The notes under the pieces were generated by a model, which ran no database searches, was not told the origin of the DNA, and worked only from the letters and a program-made list of their open reading frames with translations. A DNA stretch of 64,000 nucleotides, taken from NCBI GenBank assembly GCA_964540855.1, contig CAZIOI010000001.1, positions 7,081-71,080 of the forward strand, given 5' to 3'. A program made the translations under genes and the position numbers. Numbering within the stretch: the first letter of the stretch is position 1; every line of letters starts with the position of its first letter. Positions 37,074-46,775 of this stretch are shown here, piece after piece. The DNA comes from an uncultured Candidatus Saccharibacteria bacterium (lineage in GTDB: Bacteria > Patescibacteriota > UBA1384 > DTJR01).

Positions 37074-40000
37074 CGATTTTTTTCGATTTCAATATAATCG
37101 AGTTCTACGATGGCCCCACCGGTGGCGTTTACTCTAAATTCAAAATCATCACCGTGCTCCGAAAGGGAAAAATTCAGTTGTTTTGTAATATAAGTATTTC
37201 TCTGTAAATCTGAGGGCGAGAATTTTTCTCCGGCGTGTATTTTTGCCCCCTTTTGACTCGCCACGTCCAAGTTAACCCCACCGTTGCCAGATACAACCTT
37301 AAATGCAAACTGGGTCGTATAGTCACCCGCTTCCAGAGACATGTAAGGACCGCCATTGACAAAAACGTCACCATCTCTTTTTTTGTTGACTAACACCTTG
37401 GCGTTACTTGCCGAACGATCATCGAGAACTCTACTATACTCACCTGAAAAAGATTCTCCCTCTATCCTGTTACTCGTCTTAGGAGAAATTTTGAATGAAC
37501 ATAGGTCAAAGTAACTATTACGAGCAAAAACGTAATATGAATTATCTTTTGAAAGTGCGCTTACCTTCTCTTTTAAACTGGTTAAATCAATATTTTTTTC
37601 GCACTTTTGCTCTTCTGCCGTAAGCGACTGATCAGCATAAAATTTGTTTAACACATTGCTACTATTTGTGGAGGTACTTGACAAACCGATTGCAAGTCGA
37701 GGATTCTCTTCCCTCGTCTTCACAAAAAAGTCGCCGTTCGTGTCAGAAAGTGTCCACGAATCAAAATATCGCTCATCGGTTATATTGTTAACGAGGCATC
37801 TCATAAAATCATATCTACCAATATTATCTGTGCTAACTCTGCAAAAATTTGTCCCCTCTATCCCTATAGAGGCAGACCTAACCGGAAAGGAGTCGTTTTT
37901 TAAGCGACCAAAAACAAAATTGGACTGTTGGCTTAATTTATCTATTTTATTTAAGTCAAAAGCGCTAGCTTCGCTACTAACCGAATAAATCATATCTAGA
38001 TAATTATTATCCACCATACTCTCTGGCCGAACAGCGTAATTATCAAACACATCGCTCAGCATGCTTGAAAATTGATATATATCGCCCTTACTATCGGAGC
38101 GAATATCAAAATATGCACCATCATAGCGCCTATTGGGATAGCTAATGGCATCGCGCCCGAGAAACACTTTTTTTTCGGTCTTGAGAGTTTGGCTAATTTT
38201 TTCCATTACTAAGCCAGCACCGGACCCAACGTCACCGAAACTGATATATTCTCCGTCATACACATTCCAAGTTTTTACTGTAGCCGAACCGACATATAGC
38301 CCGCCCGGGGGAAGCTTTTTTTGGGCGTTAGCCACAGCCTCGTTAGCCGCAGGCAAAGTCTTATATTTAGCAACAGCTGGGACAGTGATAAAAAGCAACT
38401 GGACAAAAACCAAGAGTGCCAGAGCCACCTTCCATCTTTGCGATCTGATTCCAGCGATTAATATTGCCGTACTGGCTACAACAGAAACCGTACCAATCAT
38501 CAGCGCTCTTCCGTGTAAATTTTCATATACATAAGGTGCAACTATCACGGACGGAACAAACCAAAGCAACACAAATAAAAACTTCGAAAAAATTTTCTCT
38601 TTCAGCATTTTAACCATTCCTAAAAACGCCGTTATCAAAAGAAGCCAGCTAGTCAAGAAGCTCATCTTCGAGAAAACTTCCGGTAGACTAAGAGCTTTTT
38701 TATCGGAAACGTTTCCTAAAGCCAAATATTTTAGTGCCTCCCTTGCGGTTTTAAATGGGAGATCGTCTCTATAAGTTGCCGCATAGACTAAAAGTTTCAC
38801 ATATAAAAAAACAAACAAAAGACCGCCGAGGATAAAGAGTAATATTTTCATAACCAGCCTCAGCCTTTTTGTTTCTATCTTGCCCCTCCATCCAACCAAA
38901 AAGACCGGTATTAAAACAAAAAGCCACAGACCGACCTGAGTATGAGCAAAAGCAGATAGTCCGAGTGATAATCCGGCAGCAAGCGCCAATACCAAACCGC
39001 GCCAATCATTTTTGTTCAAGCATAGTGCGAAAAGATAAACACCGATAAAAAAGAATGCGTGCATTGTCGCATCTACCAAAATAGTCGTCTGCGAAATAAA
39101 CACAAACGGCAAAAATGCATACATAACGGTCGCATACCAAGCAATCTTGTGTCCAAAAAAATTTTTTATTAAAAGAAACACAAAAATGACACTAACCGTG
39201 CCCAAAATGACTGATGGTATCGCTGCAACCAATATATTATCTTTAAAACCCAGTTGATAAAGAATATTACAAAAAAATAAATACAGAGGATGAAATGGTG
39301 GATGACCTTGAGAAATAGCCCTTAGAACAGTTTCGCTCACTGTGCGCCACAAGTACTGATTCGAATCAAAAAAATCTGCTGATCGACTCATCAATAATAA
39401 GCGAGATAAAAGTAAAATCACTGATGAAATGGCAAACACAACAATACTTCTAGATTTGACAAGTCTCGTTTGTGTTAAATAAAAACCATAGAGTTCTTTA
39501 AACCCTCTGGCTATCACAGACAATTTTGAGCCTGTTGGGCTACCACAGGTACGTTTGAAATGTTTTACCGGTAACTCAGCAATTAACGCACCTGTTTCCT
39601 TAAAACTATATAGCAACTCTGCCGAGAATGCCGCGCCTTTCGAATTAACTTTTAAATTTTTAAGAGTACTTTTTTTCATTAATTTAAAAGCGCAATCAAT
39701 ATCTCTGAATTTCATTTCAAGCATCGTCCTGCATACTAACGACCAGCCGAAAGCATTTATCTTTCTCAACCATCCTTCGCTCCTATGTTTTCTGTAGCCG
39801 ATAACTACGTCATACCTATCAATCTTTTTTAGAAAATTATCTAATTCGTTGATGTCGAATTGGCGATCAGAGTCGGTAAAAAAGATAAGTTCATTTTTAG
39901 CGGCACGCAAACCATCATAAACCGCTGCGCCATACCCCATATTTTTTTCGTGGCATATAACAATTAGGTTTTTATGCAACTTTTTAAGTTTCGATAAGAT

Positions 40001-40168
40001 ATCGACTGTTTTGTCCGCGCTGCCGTCGTCAACGACTACAACCTCGCCGCTAATATTTCTTTTTTTTAGAAAATTAAAAGCACATCCGACTGCTTCTTCG
40101 ATATTCTCCTGCTCGTTGTAGGCGGGCAATACAATACTAAGTGATTTTTTATCGCCCTTCTGTAGCAT
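37070..40168 (-). CDS. Fusion protein: N-terminal GT2 (DPM1-like) glycosyltransferase + polytopic GT-C-like membrane domain + C-terminal beta-rich extracytoplasmic domain (1032 aa)
   Basis: N-terminal LPAYNEQENIEEAV…VVVDDGSADKT…FTDSDRQ (GT2). At least 12 TM helices in the middle. The C-terminal ~430 aa are hydrophilic with Asn/Ser/Asp-rich beta-like segments. Confidence 0.7.
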   Translation of the reverse strand: MLQKGDKKSLSIVLPAYNEQENIEEAVGCAFNFLKKRNISGEVVVVDDGSADKTVDILSKLKKLHKNLIVICHEKNMGYGAAVYDGLRAAKNELIFFTDSDRQFDINELDNFLKKIDRYDVVIGYRKHRSEGWLRKINAFGWSLVCRTMLEMKFRDIDCAFKLMKKSTLKNLKVNSKGAAFSAELLYSFKETGALIAELPVKHFKRTCGSPTGSKLSVIARGFKELYGFYLTQTRLVKSRSIVVFAISSVILLLSRLLLMSRSADFFDSNQYLWRTVSETVLRAISQGHPPFHPLYLFFCNILYQLGFKDNILVAAIPSVILGTVSVIFVFLLIKNFFGHKIAWYATVMYAFLPFVFISQTTILVDATMHAFFFIGVYLFALCLNKNDWRGLVLALAAGLSLGLSAFAHTQVGLWLFVLIPVFLVGWRGKIETKRLRLVMKILLFILGGLLFVFLYVKLLVYAATYRDDLPFKTAREALKYLALGNVSDKKALSLPEVFSKMSFLTSWLLLITAFLGMVKMLKEKIFSKFLFVLLWFVPSVIVAPYVYENLHGRALMIGTVSVVASTAILIAGIRSQRWKVALALLVFVQLLFITVPAVAKYKTLPAANEAVANAQKKLPPGGLYVGSATVKTWNVYDGEYISFGDVGSGAGLVMEKISQTLKTEKKVFLGRDAISYPNRRYDGAYFDIRSDSKGDIYQFSSMLSDVFDNYAVRPESMVDNNYLDMIYSVSSEASAFDLNKIDKLSQQSNFVFGRLKNDSFPVRSASIGIEGTNFCRVSTDNIGRYDFMRCLVNNITDERYFDSWTLSDTNGDFFVKTREENPRLAIGLSSTSTNSSNVLNKFYADQSLTAEEQKCEKNIDLTSLKEKVSALSKDNSYYVFARNSYFDLCSFKISPKTSNRIEGESFSGEYSRVLDDRSASNAKVLVNKKRDGDVFVNGGPYMSLEAGDYTTQFAFKVVSGNGGVNLDVASQKGAKIHAGEKFSPSDLQRNTYITKQLNFSLSEHGDDFEFRVNATGGAIVELDYIEIEKNR

Positions 40169-41300
40169 CTTCTATCACCCTTAAAGTTTCTCGAGCACAA
40201 GTTCGCCAAGAAAATTTTTGAGATTGTTGCAATGATTGGCGAGACATTTTTTTGCGCAGTTGATCTTCTTCCATAATTCGTAACATTGCATCCGAAATTG
40301 ACTTCGGCGAAGACGGATCTATGAGTAGTCCGGCGTCACCAGCTGCCTCCGGCATCGAAGAAATATTGGACGTAACCACTGGAAGGCCAAAACTCATAGC
40401 CTCGATGACCGGCAGACCAAAGCCTTCGTACAACGAAGGATATATAAATAAAAATGCATCTTCATAAAGCTTCGCCAAATCACGATCGGAAACAAAACCT
40501 GTAAAAACAAGTTTTTTAGCATCTACCAGAGGCTTTGCCAATTCATATATCTCGGAATCATTCCAACCCTTGCCGCCGCAGACAACCAACTTATACTTTC
40601 TTTGAACGTCCTCCGGCAATAATACATAGGCCTTAAACAAACCCCCGAGATTTTTTCTAGGCTCAACTGTCCCGACACATAATATATATTGCTTTTGTTC
40701 AAGCTCTAGCGGCAAAGATATTGACGGTTCGCTCAATTCATTTAGCCCGGGATATGTCCGATGAACAAGATCTTCTGAGAGCTTGAGATATTTGACAATA
40801 TCCCGCTTCGTTGAATCAGAGACGCTCAAAATACTTTTAGCCTTTTTGCACACAGCCACCGTTCTTTTGGAAAGATATTTGGATAGTCTGCGCCCCCTTT
40901 GCTCGGGAAAGATAAACGTCGCCATATCGTGAATCGTTACAACTTGAGGAATTTTCAAACCCAACTGCACCTCAAAAAAGCTTGGGGCAAACAAAACATC
41001 AGCGTCCTCTAAAAATCTACCCAGAATATTTAATGGGATCCCCCACCAAAACTCCTTGCACTTCCCCGGAATTTTTAGTCTTTTGAGTTTAACATTTTTG
41101 CGGGCAAAGCTTTCAAACCTCTCTGTTTTTTCGGCACTGTCGTTAAAATGAGTCGAATATATCAAAAACTCGCACTCCTGAGAATCTCTTACGAGAGCAT
41201 GCGCCAACTCAAAAGTATAGCGGCCAATACCCGCGGATTCTATAATCGCTCTGGTTACATCAATCGCTATTTTCATTTTTTGTATTTTTTTGGCTTGCAA
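40149..41300 (-). CDS. Glycosyltransferase family 4
   Basis: EGFGLPVIEAMSFGLPVVTSN motif. Typical GT4 size. Confidence 0.85.
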   Translation of the reverse strand: MQAKKIQKMKIAIDVTRAIIESAGIGRYTFELAHALVRDSQECEFLIYSTHFNDSAEKTERFESFARKNVKLKRLKIPGKCKEFWWGIPLNILGRFLEDADVLFAPSFFEVQLGLKIPQVVTIHDMATFIFPEQRGRRLSKYLSKRTVAVCKKAKSILSVSDSTKRDIVKYLKLSEDLVHRTYPGLNELSEPSISLPLELEQKQYILCVGTVEPRKNLGGLFKAYVLLPEDVQRKYKLVVCGGKGWNDSEIYELAKPLVDAKKLVFTGFVSDRDLAKLYEDAFLFIYPSLYEGFGLPVIEAMSFGLPVVTSNISSMPEAAGDAGLLIDPSSPKSISDAMLRIMEEDQLRKKMSRQSLQQSQKFSWRTCARETLRVIEDATEGR

Positions 41301-42432
41301 TAGCTATAATCAGCCAGAAAAACGCCGCCAAGTCGTTTCGAAAAAACGGCGTGTCTATCACACCATATATAAGAAGAGACATCAGGGCAAATTTGAGATA
41401 ATTATCGGATCTATTAAAACCGCTTTTATACACTAAAAAGATAAACGCCAGCAGTAAAACAGGACCCCCAATTACAAGCAAGTGCAAATACAGATTATGG
41501 GCCGTTAAAGCCTGGGGTGAAATATATTCGGGAAAATTAATCCTGTCTCGGGTCAGCTCGGTGAAGTAAGTTTGGTAATTATTCAACCCAACGCCAACAA
41601 TCGGATTTTTTTTAACTATTTCAAGCGACGTTTCCCATATATAAAACCTAATATTGGATGAATTTCCGACCCTGCCGTAAGCGCCAAAATCTGGTTTAAA
41701 TAGGGTGTATCCACCGATAAGAAAAACAATCACAAGTAGTACATAAATAAGGTTTTTAAATTTGTTCTTTTTAAAAAATCTGGACGCCAGATAAAAAGCT
41801 ATTGCAACAACAATTGCGACAACACCGCCCCTAGAGTAGGTCAGGTAAAGTGCAATCAGCATTAAAAAAGTGGAGCATATAAGAACCGTATTTTTTTTCT
41901 CAACTTCCGCAATGTACACAACGGCGAGAGTTATTATCGAAGATAAATATAATGATAAATAATTCGGGCTTATTTTGTCCAAGTCCAAAAGCCGCCCGTC
42001 CACCGTTTGAGTCCCAAGCGCGAACATAATTAGAGCGATCGTAGCAACTGCAGCCGAAGAATAAATGATCGTGCGAATAATCACTTTGGTGTCTAAGCGA
42101 TCTTTTAAGAGTATATAATTTGCCATTAAAATCAGCCCGTCAAAGAAATAGGAGCGCCAAATTCCAAGTGCTCTCGCCGAACCATTGGGGTAAAAAGCGC
42201 TGAGAAGCGCAATGGCAACCAAGATCGCTCCGGCTATGATTATCGGTTTATTTAGCTTGTCGCGAGAAAAAGACAAATAGGCAGAGATGGCAAAGCTGAA
42301 ATAAAGTACAATTTCATACAACGTGGTTGGAATGGAGAATATATTAAATCTAAAATAATAAAACGGGATGAGTATCACGCTCAACAAAAAAAGCATAACA
42401 GCTATATTTTTAGGATTTAATTTTTTTTGCAT
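41260..42432 (-). CDS. O-antigen ligase/polymerase-like (Wzy_C) membrane protein
   Basis: 390 aa with ~10 TM helices. A periplasmic loop carries the RxxxG…H pattern of Wzy/WaaL-like proteins (…TYSRGGVVAIVVA…). Confidence 0.55.
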   Translation of the reverse strand: MQKKLNPKNIAVMLFLLSVILIPFYYFRFNIFSIPTTLYEIVLYFSFAISAYLSFSRDKLNKPIIIAGAILVAIALLSAFYPNGSARALGIWRSYFFDGLILMANYILLKDRLDTKVIIRTIIYSSAAVATIALIMFALGTQTVDGRLLDLDKISPNYLSLYLSSIITLAVVYIAEVEKKNTVLICSTFLMLIALYLTYSRGGVVAIVVAIAFYLASRFFKKNKFKNLIYVLLVIVFLIGGYTLFKPDFGAYGRVGNSSNIRFYIWETSLEIVKKNPIVGVGLNNYQTYFTELTRDRINFPEYISPQALTAHNLYLHLLVIGGPVLLLAFIFLVYKSGFNRSDNYLKFALMSLLIYGVIDTPFFRNDLAAFFWLIIAIASQKNTKNENSD

Positions 42433-43858
42433 TGATTATTTGTCTTGAGCCAATATTGCAAACAGCACCAATCAAACCGATGAGATACCAAATGTGCGTT
42501 ATATAGAGCGTTGAAAAGGTCGCATATTGGATAAGAACAGCAATAAAAGCGAAAAGTAAGGCGAGAGAAATATTCGACAGCAGTTGATCGGCGGAATTAC
42601 GATAAACAAAGATCAATCTCGAAATAACAACTATGATCAGCAGCAAGAAACCAAAAATCCCAACTACACCCTGCTCGGCGGCAATTTCAAGATATTCGTT
42701 ATTAACGATCGGCCACCCACCTTCCGGAGCCTCGGCGGGGTAGTTCTCTCTGGCCGGTCCAAAATTACCCGGTCCGACACCTAGGAGCGCATTTTCACCG
42801 AACATATCTATCGCCTCCGAGCTGGTCGAAAGCCTAAGCACAACCGACTCGCCGTTATCGCGATCCTCAACCATCAAATGCGAGACAAACTCGTCAACAG
42901 CCCTTGGCTCGCTGCGCAAAAGCGCGAGATATACTCCGCCGATAATTAACAGGGCAAAACTCGAGGCGATAATCACGTTTTTTGTTGTCAGGATTCTTCT
43001 GGCTTGAATAATAACTAAAATTAACCCCGTTATACCGGCAGCCAAAAACGCGCCTCGAGAGATTGCAAGGACAAAATTAATAGCCAATAAAATTGCTATT
43101 GCGATAGATAGCTTTTTGTCGAAAACTTCCTTAATTTTGCCGGAAAGGTTTAAAAACAAAATCAAAAACATTGGTATAAACATGTAATTGGCAAAATAAA
43201 GCGGTTCATAGGCGCCGGCCTGAACCCTAGCAAAGCCGAATGTCGAGCTATCATAGCCGACCTTAAGCAAGGTCATCGAAATCGGAAGACCGATCATATC
43301 ACCAAAAAACTGATACAAACCAAAAATCGCCGAAGCTAGTGCGCCCCACAGGAGCCCCTTGAGCGCAAAAATAAGGTCTTCCTTTTTTTCCAAAATCATA
43401 CTCATAACTAGGTAAAGGCACGCCATCAAGCCCATCGAAATTACAACCATAATCGCCCTGTTAAGATTGATTGCTTGGGTGGCAGACACAAGCATAAAAA
43501 TCAAAAACAAAATCACAGAGGACCTTATGGGATCAAATTTGAATTTTAATTTTTTTTGATATAACTTCGAGGACAAATATATAACAAGCGTCAAAAATAT
43601 GATTAAAAAGTTGATTCTTATATCAAGCCCTCCTATTTCAACAGACGGCACTCTCTCAAACGTCAAAAAAAATCCTATCAACATCGGACCGATTGACGGT
43701 TTTTTTATAATAGCCGGCACAAGAGCAACGCAGATTAAAACAAATAAAAGAAAGCCCGCCGGTATCCACGAATTAAAAAACCAAGACACCACTGCGCTAG
43801 CCAACAGCAATATCAGAGTATAAATCGCGAACCTAGTTTGTTTTTTTGTAATCTGCAT
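42410..43858 (-). CDS. O-antigen ligase/polymerase-like (Wzy_C) membrane protein
   Basis: 482 aa and polytopic. …ISRGAFLAAGITGLILV… and LGVGPGNF match the Wzy_C-type loop. Overlaps the previous gene by 23 nt. Confidence 0.6.
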   Translation of the reverse strand: MQITKKQTRFAIYTLILLLASAVVSWFFNSWIPAGFLLFVLICVALVPAIIKKPSIGPMLIGFFLTFERVPSVEIGGLDIRINFLIIFLTLVIYLSSKLYQKKLKFKFDPIRSSVILFLIFMLVSATQAINLNRAIMVVISMGLMACLYLVMSMILEKKEDLIFALKGLLWGALASAIFGLYQFFGDMIGLPISMTLLKVGYDSSTFGFARVQAGAYEPLYFANYMFIPMFLILFLNLSGKIKEVFDKKLSIAIAILLAINFVLAISRGAFLAAGITGLILVIIQARRILTTKNVIIASSFALLIIGGVYLALLRSEPRAVDEFVSHLMVEDRDNGESVVLRLSTSSEAIDMFGENALLGVGPGNFGPARENYPAEAPEGGWPIVNNEYLEIAAEQGVVGIFGFLLLIIVVISRLIFVYRNSADQLLSNISLALLFAFIAVLIQYATFSTLYITHIWYLIGLIGAVCNIGSRQIINAKKIKS

Positions 43859-44927
43859 AAGCCTTTCTATATACCTCGACGGTTTGATGCGCGGTGCGTT
43901 CCCACGAAAAGTTTTTGATTTGCTGCTTGTTCAGCTCAATATATTTTTTACGCAAACTCTCATCGTTATTTAATCTGCCGATAGCCTTGCTCCATCGTTC
44001 GGCATCGTTTGGCGGCAGCAAAATACCGGCGTCCCCTATAACCTCACCCATAGAAGAAGTATCAGAAGAGATAACCGGCACGCCCGAGGCCATCGCCTCC
44101 AGCGGCGGCAGCCCGAATCCTTCATAAACCGAAGGAAACGCAAAAATCTTAGCGCCTTTATAAATAGCCGGTTTGTCGAGCTCATCAACATAACCGGTAA
44201 AAATGACTTTTTTCTCCAGCCCGAGCTCTCTGACTCGCTCAAAAAGCCCCTCATAATACCAGCCCTTTTTGCCGGTGATTACCAAGTTTAAATCAACATT
44301 TTTTTCGCTTTTTATTACATCGTTGAAAACATCGATTAAGAATTTTAGATTTTTTCTAGGCTCAAGTGTGCCGATATGTAAAATATACTCTTTGGGCAGA
44401 CCATACTTCTTCCTTACTCTCCCAACCTCCTCTAACTTAATCGGCTGTTCAAATTTTTCATCAACAGCCAGAGGAATAACAGTAATTTTTTCCTGAGGAA
44501 TTTTTAAAACCCTCGTAATATCGTTTTTTGTTGACTGCGAGATCGTGATTATCTGATTTGCTTTGTGATATGTAAAAGGCATCCATTTTGAATAAAACAT
44601 CCTTGAAGCAAAGGGGATATTTTCAGGAAACAAAATACTTATTATGTCATGAATGGTTATGACAATGGGCCCCCTAAATAGAAGCGGCGCCGAAAAACAA
44701 GGCTGATGAAGAAGATCGACTTTCGCCGATCGCGCCTTTGCCGGATAGACAAATTGATCCCAATAAAATCTTTGCGGCGTGGAAAAGTCCCTCTCGGCAT
44801 CAGGTCTTATAAGCTTGAATTCATCACCGGCAGAAAATTTTTTAAGAGCTTTGGTTAAATTGGAAACGTAAAAACCAAATCCCGTGGGCTGACCCAAAGT
44901 TGTTTGAACGTCAATTGCGATTTTCAT
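43833..44927 (-). CDS. Glycosyltransferase family 4
   Basis: EGFGLPPLEAMASGVPVISSD motif. Confidence 0.85.
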   Translation of the reverse strand: MKIAIDVQTTLGQPTGFGFYVSNLTKALKKFSAGDEFKLIRPDAERDFSTPQRFYWDQFVYPAKARSAKVDLLHQPCFSAPLLFRGPIVITIHDIISILFPENIPFASRMFYSKWMPFTYHKANQIITISQSTKNDITRVLKIPQEKITVIPLAVDEKFEQPIKLEEVGRVRKKYGLPKEYILHIGTLEPRKNLKFLIDVFNDVIKSEKNVDLNLVITGKKGWYYEGLFERVRELGLEKKVIFTGYVDELDKPAIYKGAKIFAFPSVYEGFGLPPLEAMASGVPVISSDTSSMGEVIGDAGILLPPNDAERWSKAIGRLNNDESLRKKYIELNKQQIKNFSWERTAHQTVEVYRKAYADYKKTN

Positions 44928-46390
44928 TTGCTCCTTTGCAATACTTCTCTTATTGTACCAAGACTAACGGCTTTTGTTGCCAGCACCAATAATGTGTAGC
45001 AAGCGGCTGCAACAAAGATATTTACAAATAAATTAACACCTATTTCCCTAAAAAAGTAAATGATCGCAGCCATCATGACTGCACAAAGAGCAATCACAAA
45101 GAAATTCTTAAATTTAACCGGCAGATCAATGATCGAGTTTACAAATTTTGCATATACTGTCAAAACAATTATTTCTGTGATTACCGTGGCAAACGCTGCG
45201 CCAACATAGCTGAATCTAGGAATAAGGATCAGGTTTAGAATGATGTTTATTAAAGCAAAAACGATTGTTGGCACAATCATCTTGTTTTGTTTGCCAAGCG
45301 AAACGATAAAATAGTTGTACAGACAGGTGAAAAAGTTCATGGCAACAACAAAGATCAGAATTTGTAAACAAGTAACGGAAGTTGCCGGAGCGTTAAATAG
45401 TGTCACGGTATATGTTTGGGTAAATTCGTTACCCTTGGCACCGCTGATAAATTCTATGATCGGCTTTGCCAGCACAAATGTTCCCGTCAGAATCGGCCAT
45501 GCCAGAAGCGACAAAAAATCAAATTGCTTCTGAAAGGCCGGCTTCACTCGCTCGTCAAGCCCAACCGCATATTGCGTTATGAGCGGAAAAGCCGCCCCCA
45601 AAAACATTACCGGAATTGTTTCAAGGACCTCTAACAGCTTGAACGGAGCACCGTATATGCCGACATCCGACATGCCTTTCATCATCGAAAGCATCAGTGA
45701 ATCTATTTTGAAATATATGAGGGCGAAAACAAGAACTATACCGATAGGAACGGCTTGAAAAATTACATATCGCCAATATTTTAGATCAAACTTCAGCCCG
45801 AGAGAAACATAGCGACGCAAAAACAGCAGGTTAAGCGCAAAATTGACTATGTTTCCAAAAAGATATGCGCACATTACAATAGGAAAAGACAAATTCATTT
45901 TGGTAAAAAGCCACACCAGAGCGAGAATGAGAACCCGTCCAACAACCTCCGTGGCAACGGAAATGCTAAGTTTGTAGTTTCTTAAATAAACTCCGACCAC
46001 AACAGTGTTAATCGTCGTAAAAAAGCATGCAGCGCTTATCGCCGCGACCGCGTATTTGACGTCAAGTGGATAATCAAAAAACCAGACCACGCCAAAGGCA
46101 ATCGCATGAACCGCTAGGGCCAAGATCAGCCTCAACGCAAAGATATTTGAAAAGACCTTGTTGTGATCGTTGTTGACAGATAACTCGCGAATCAGCGTCC
46201 ACTGGAGACCGAAGTCTGCTAAAATCGAGAAAAGACCGACAAACGCAGTTACCGTTGTGTATTTTCCGACGCCCTCGACGCCCAAATAGCTAAATAAAAT
46301 AGCGATCGTGGCAATTGCAAAACCGGTACCGATCAATTTACCGGTCATTTGAGCGAGCGTGTTGGCCGCGATTTTCTTGGTGTGACTCAT
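44924..46390 (-). CDS. wzx: Oligosaccharide/polysaccharide flippase (MOP superfamily, Wzx-like)
   Basis: 488 aa and polytopic. The N-terminus MSHTKKIAANTLAQMTGKLIGTGFAIATIAILFSYLG is flippase-like. Confidence 0.75.
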   Translation of the reverse strand: MSHTKKIAANTLAQMTGKLIGTGFAIATIAILFSYLGVEGVGKYTTVTAFVGLFSILADFGLQWTLIRELSVNNDHNKVFSNIFALRLILALAVHAIAFGVVWFFDYPLDVKYAVAAISAACFFTTINTVVVGVYLRNYKLSISVATEVVGRVLILALVWLFTKMNLSFPIVMCAYLFGNIVNFALNLLFLRRYVSLGLKFDLKYWRYVIFQAVPIGIVLVFALIYFKIDSLMLSMMKGMSDVGIYGAPFKLLEVLETIPVMFLGAAFPLITQYAVGLDERVKPAFQKQFDFLSLLAWPILTGTFVLAKPIIEFISGAKGNEFTQTYTVTLFNAPATSVTCLQILIFVVAMNFFTCLYNYFIVSLGKQNKMIVPTIVFALINIILNLILIPRFSYVGAAFATVITEIIVLTVYAKFVNSIIDLPVKFKNFFVIALCAVMMAAIIYFFREIGVNLFVNIFVAAACYTLLVLATKAVSLGTIREVLQRSK

Positions 46391-46489
46391 TATTCGAGCT
46401 TACTGCAAAAGAAGTCTTATAACAATAATTCAAAAGTAAAATTGTTAGTCAAAATTCTCCAAGTTTAGTCATTCGCGATTTGTTGTGCC

Positions 46490-46612
46490 CCGCGTAGCCC
46501 TGCCTACCGGCAGGCAGGCTTGGCGAGGTGGGGTCAATTCCTACCCCACCTCTCGACAGTCATTCCCGCCCCATCAATTCGTGGGGTAAACTACAGCGGG
46601 AATCTTTTTTAT
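46490..46612 (+). ncRNA. Candidate small structured RNA ending in an intrinsic terminator
   Basis: GC-rich block with consecutive hairpins (CCTGCC…GGCAGG and GGTGGGG…CCCCACC). It ends with the ATTCCCGC…GCGGGAAT stem followed by CTTTTTT at 46604-46610. It is non-coding-looking and lies in a 470-bp divergent intergenic region. Confidence 0.25.
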
Positions 46613-46656
46613 TCAGGCTTCGCTTGAAAGATATTTGCAAGCTAAAGCTTGCTTTT

Positions 46657-46775
46657 ATTTTGCGGTGGTCAGGGGGCTTAATTGCGAAGCAGCCCCCTAG
46701 ACCCCCGCACCCCCTTACCCCTGCACGCTTCATACCAAGGTGTCGCTTTGCGACGATATCTTTTAAATTTTTTCT
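46657..46775 (+). ncRNA. Candidate small structured RNA with SRP-RNA (ffs) domain-IV-like motif
   Basis: Long imperfect GC hairpin at 46661-46709 (UGCGG-U-GGUC-AGGGGGCU…AGCCCCCU-A-GACC-CCGCA). It contains GGUCAGG…GAAGCAGCC, which resembles the conserved GGUCAGG / GGAAGCAGCC elements of bacterial 4.5S/SRP RNA. It ends with the GTCGC-TTT-GCGAC hairpin plus a T-rich tract. Confidence 0.3.

Noticed and set aside
46520-46560. tRNA-like T-arm (GGTGGGG-TCAATTCCTA-CCCCACC)
   Set aside because: The loop is 10 nt rather than the canonical 7-nt T-psi-C loop (TTCGAAT-like). No D-arm or anticodon arm can be built around it. Not a tRNA. No convincing tRNA or rRNA gene was found by eye anywhere in the window.
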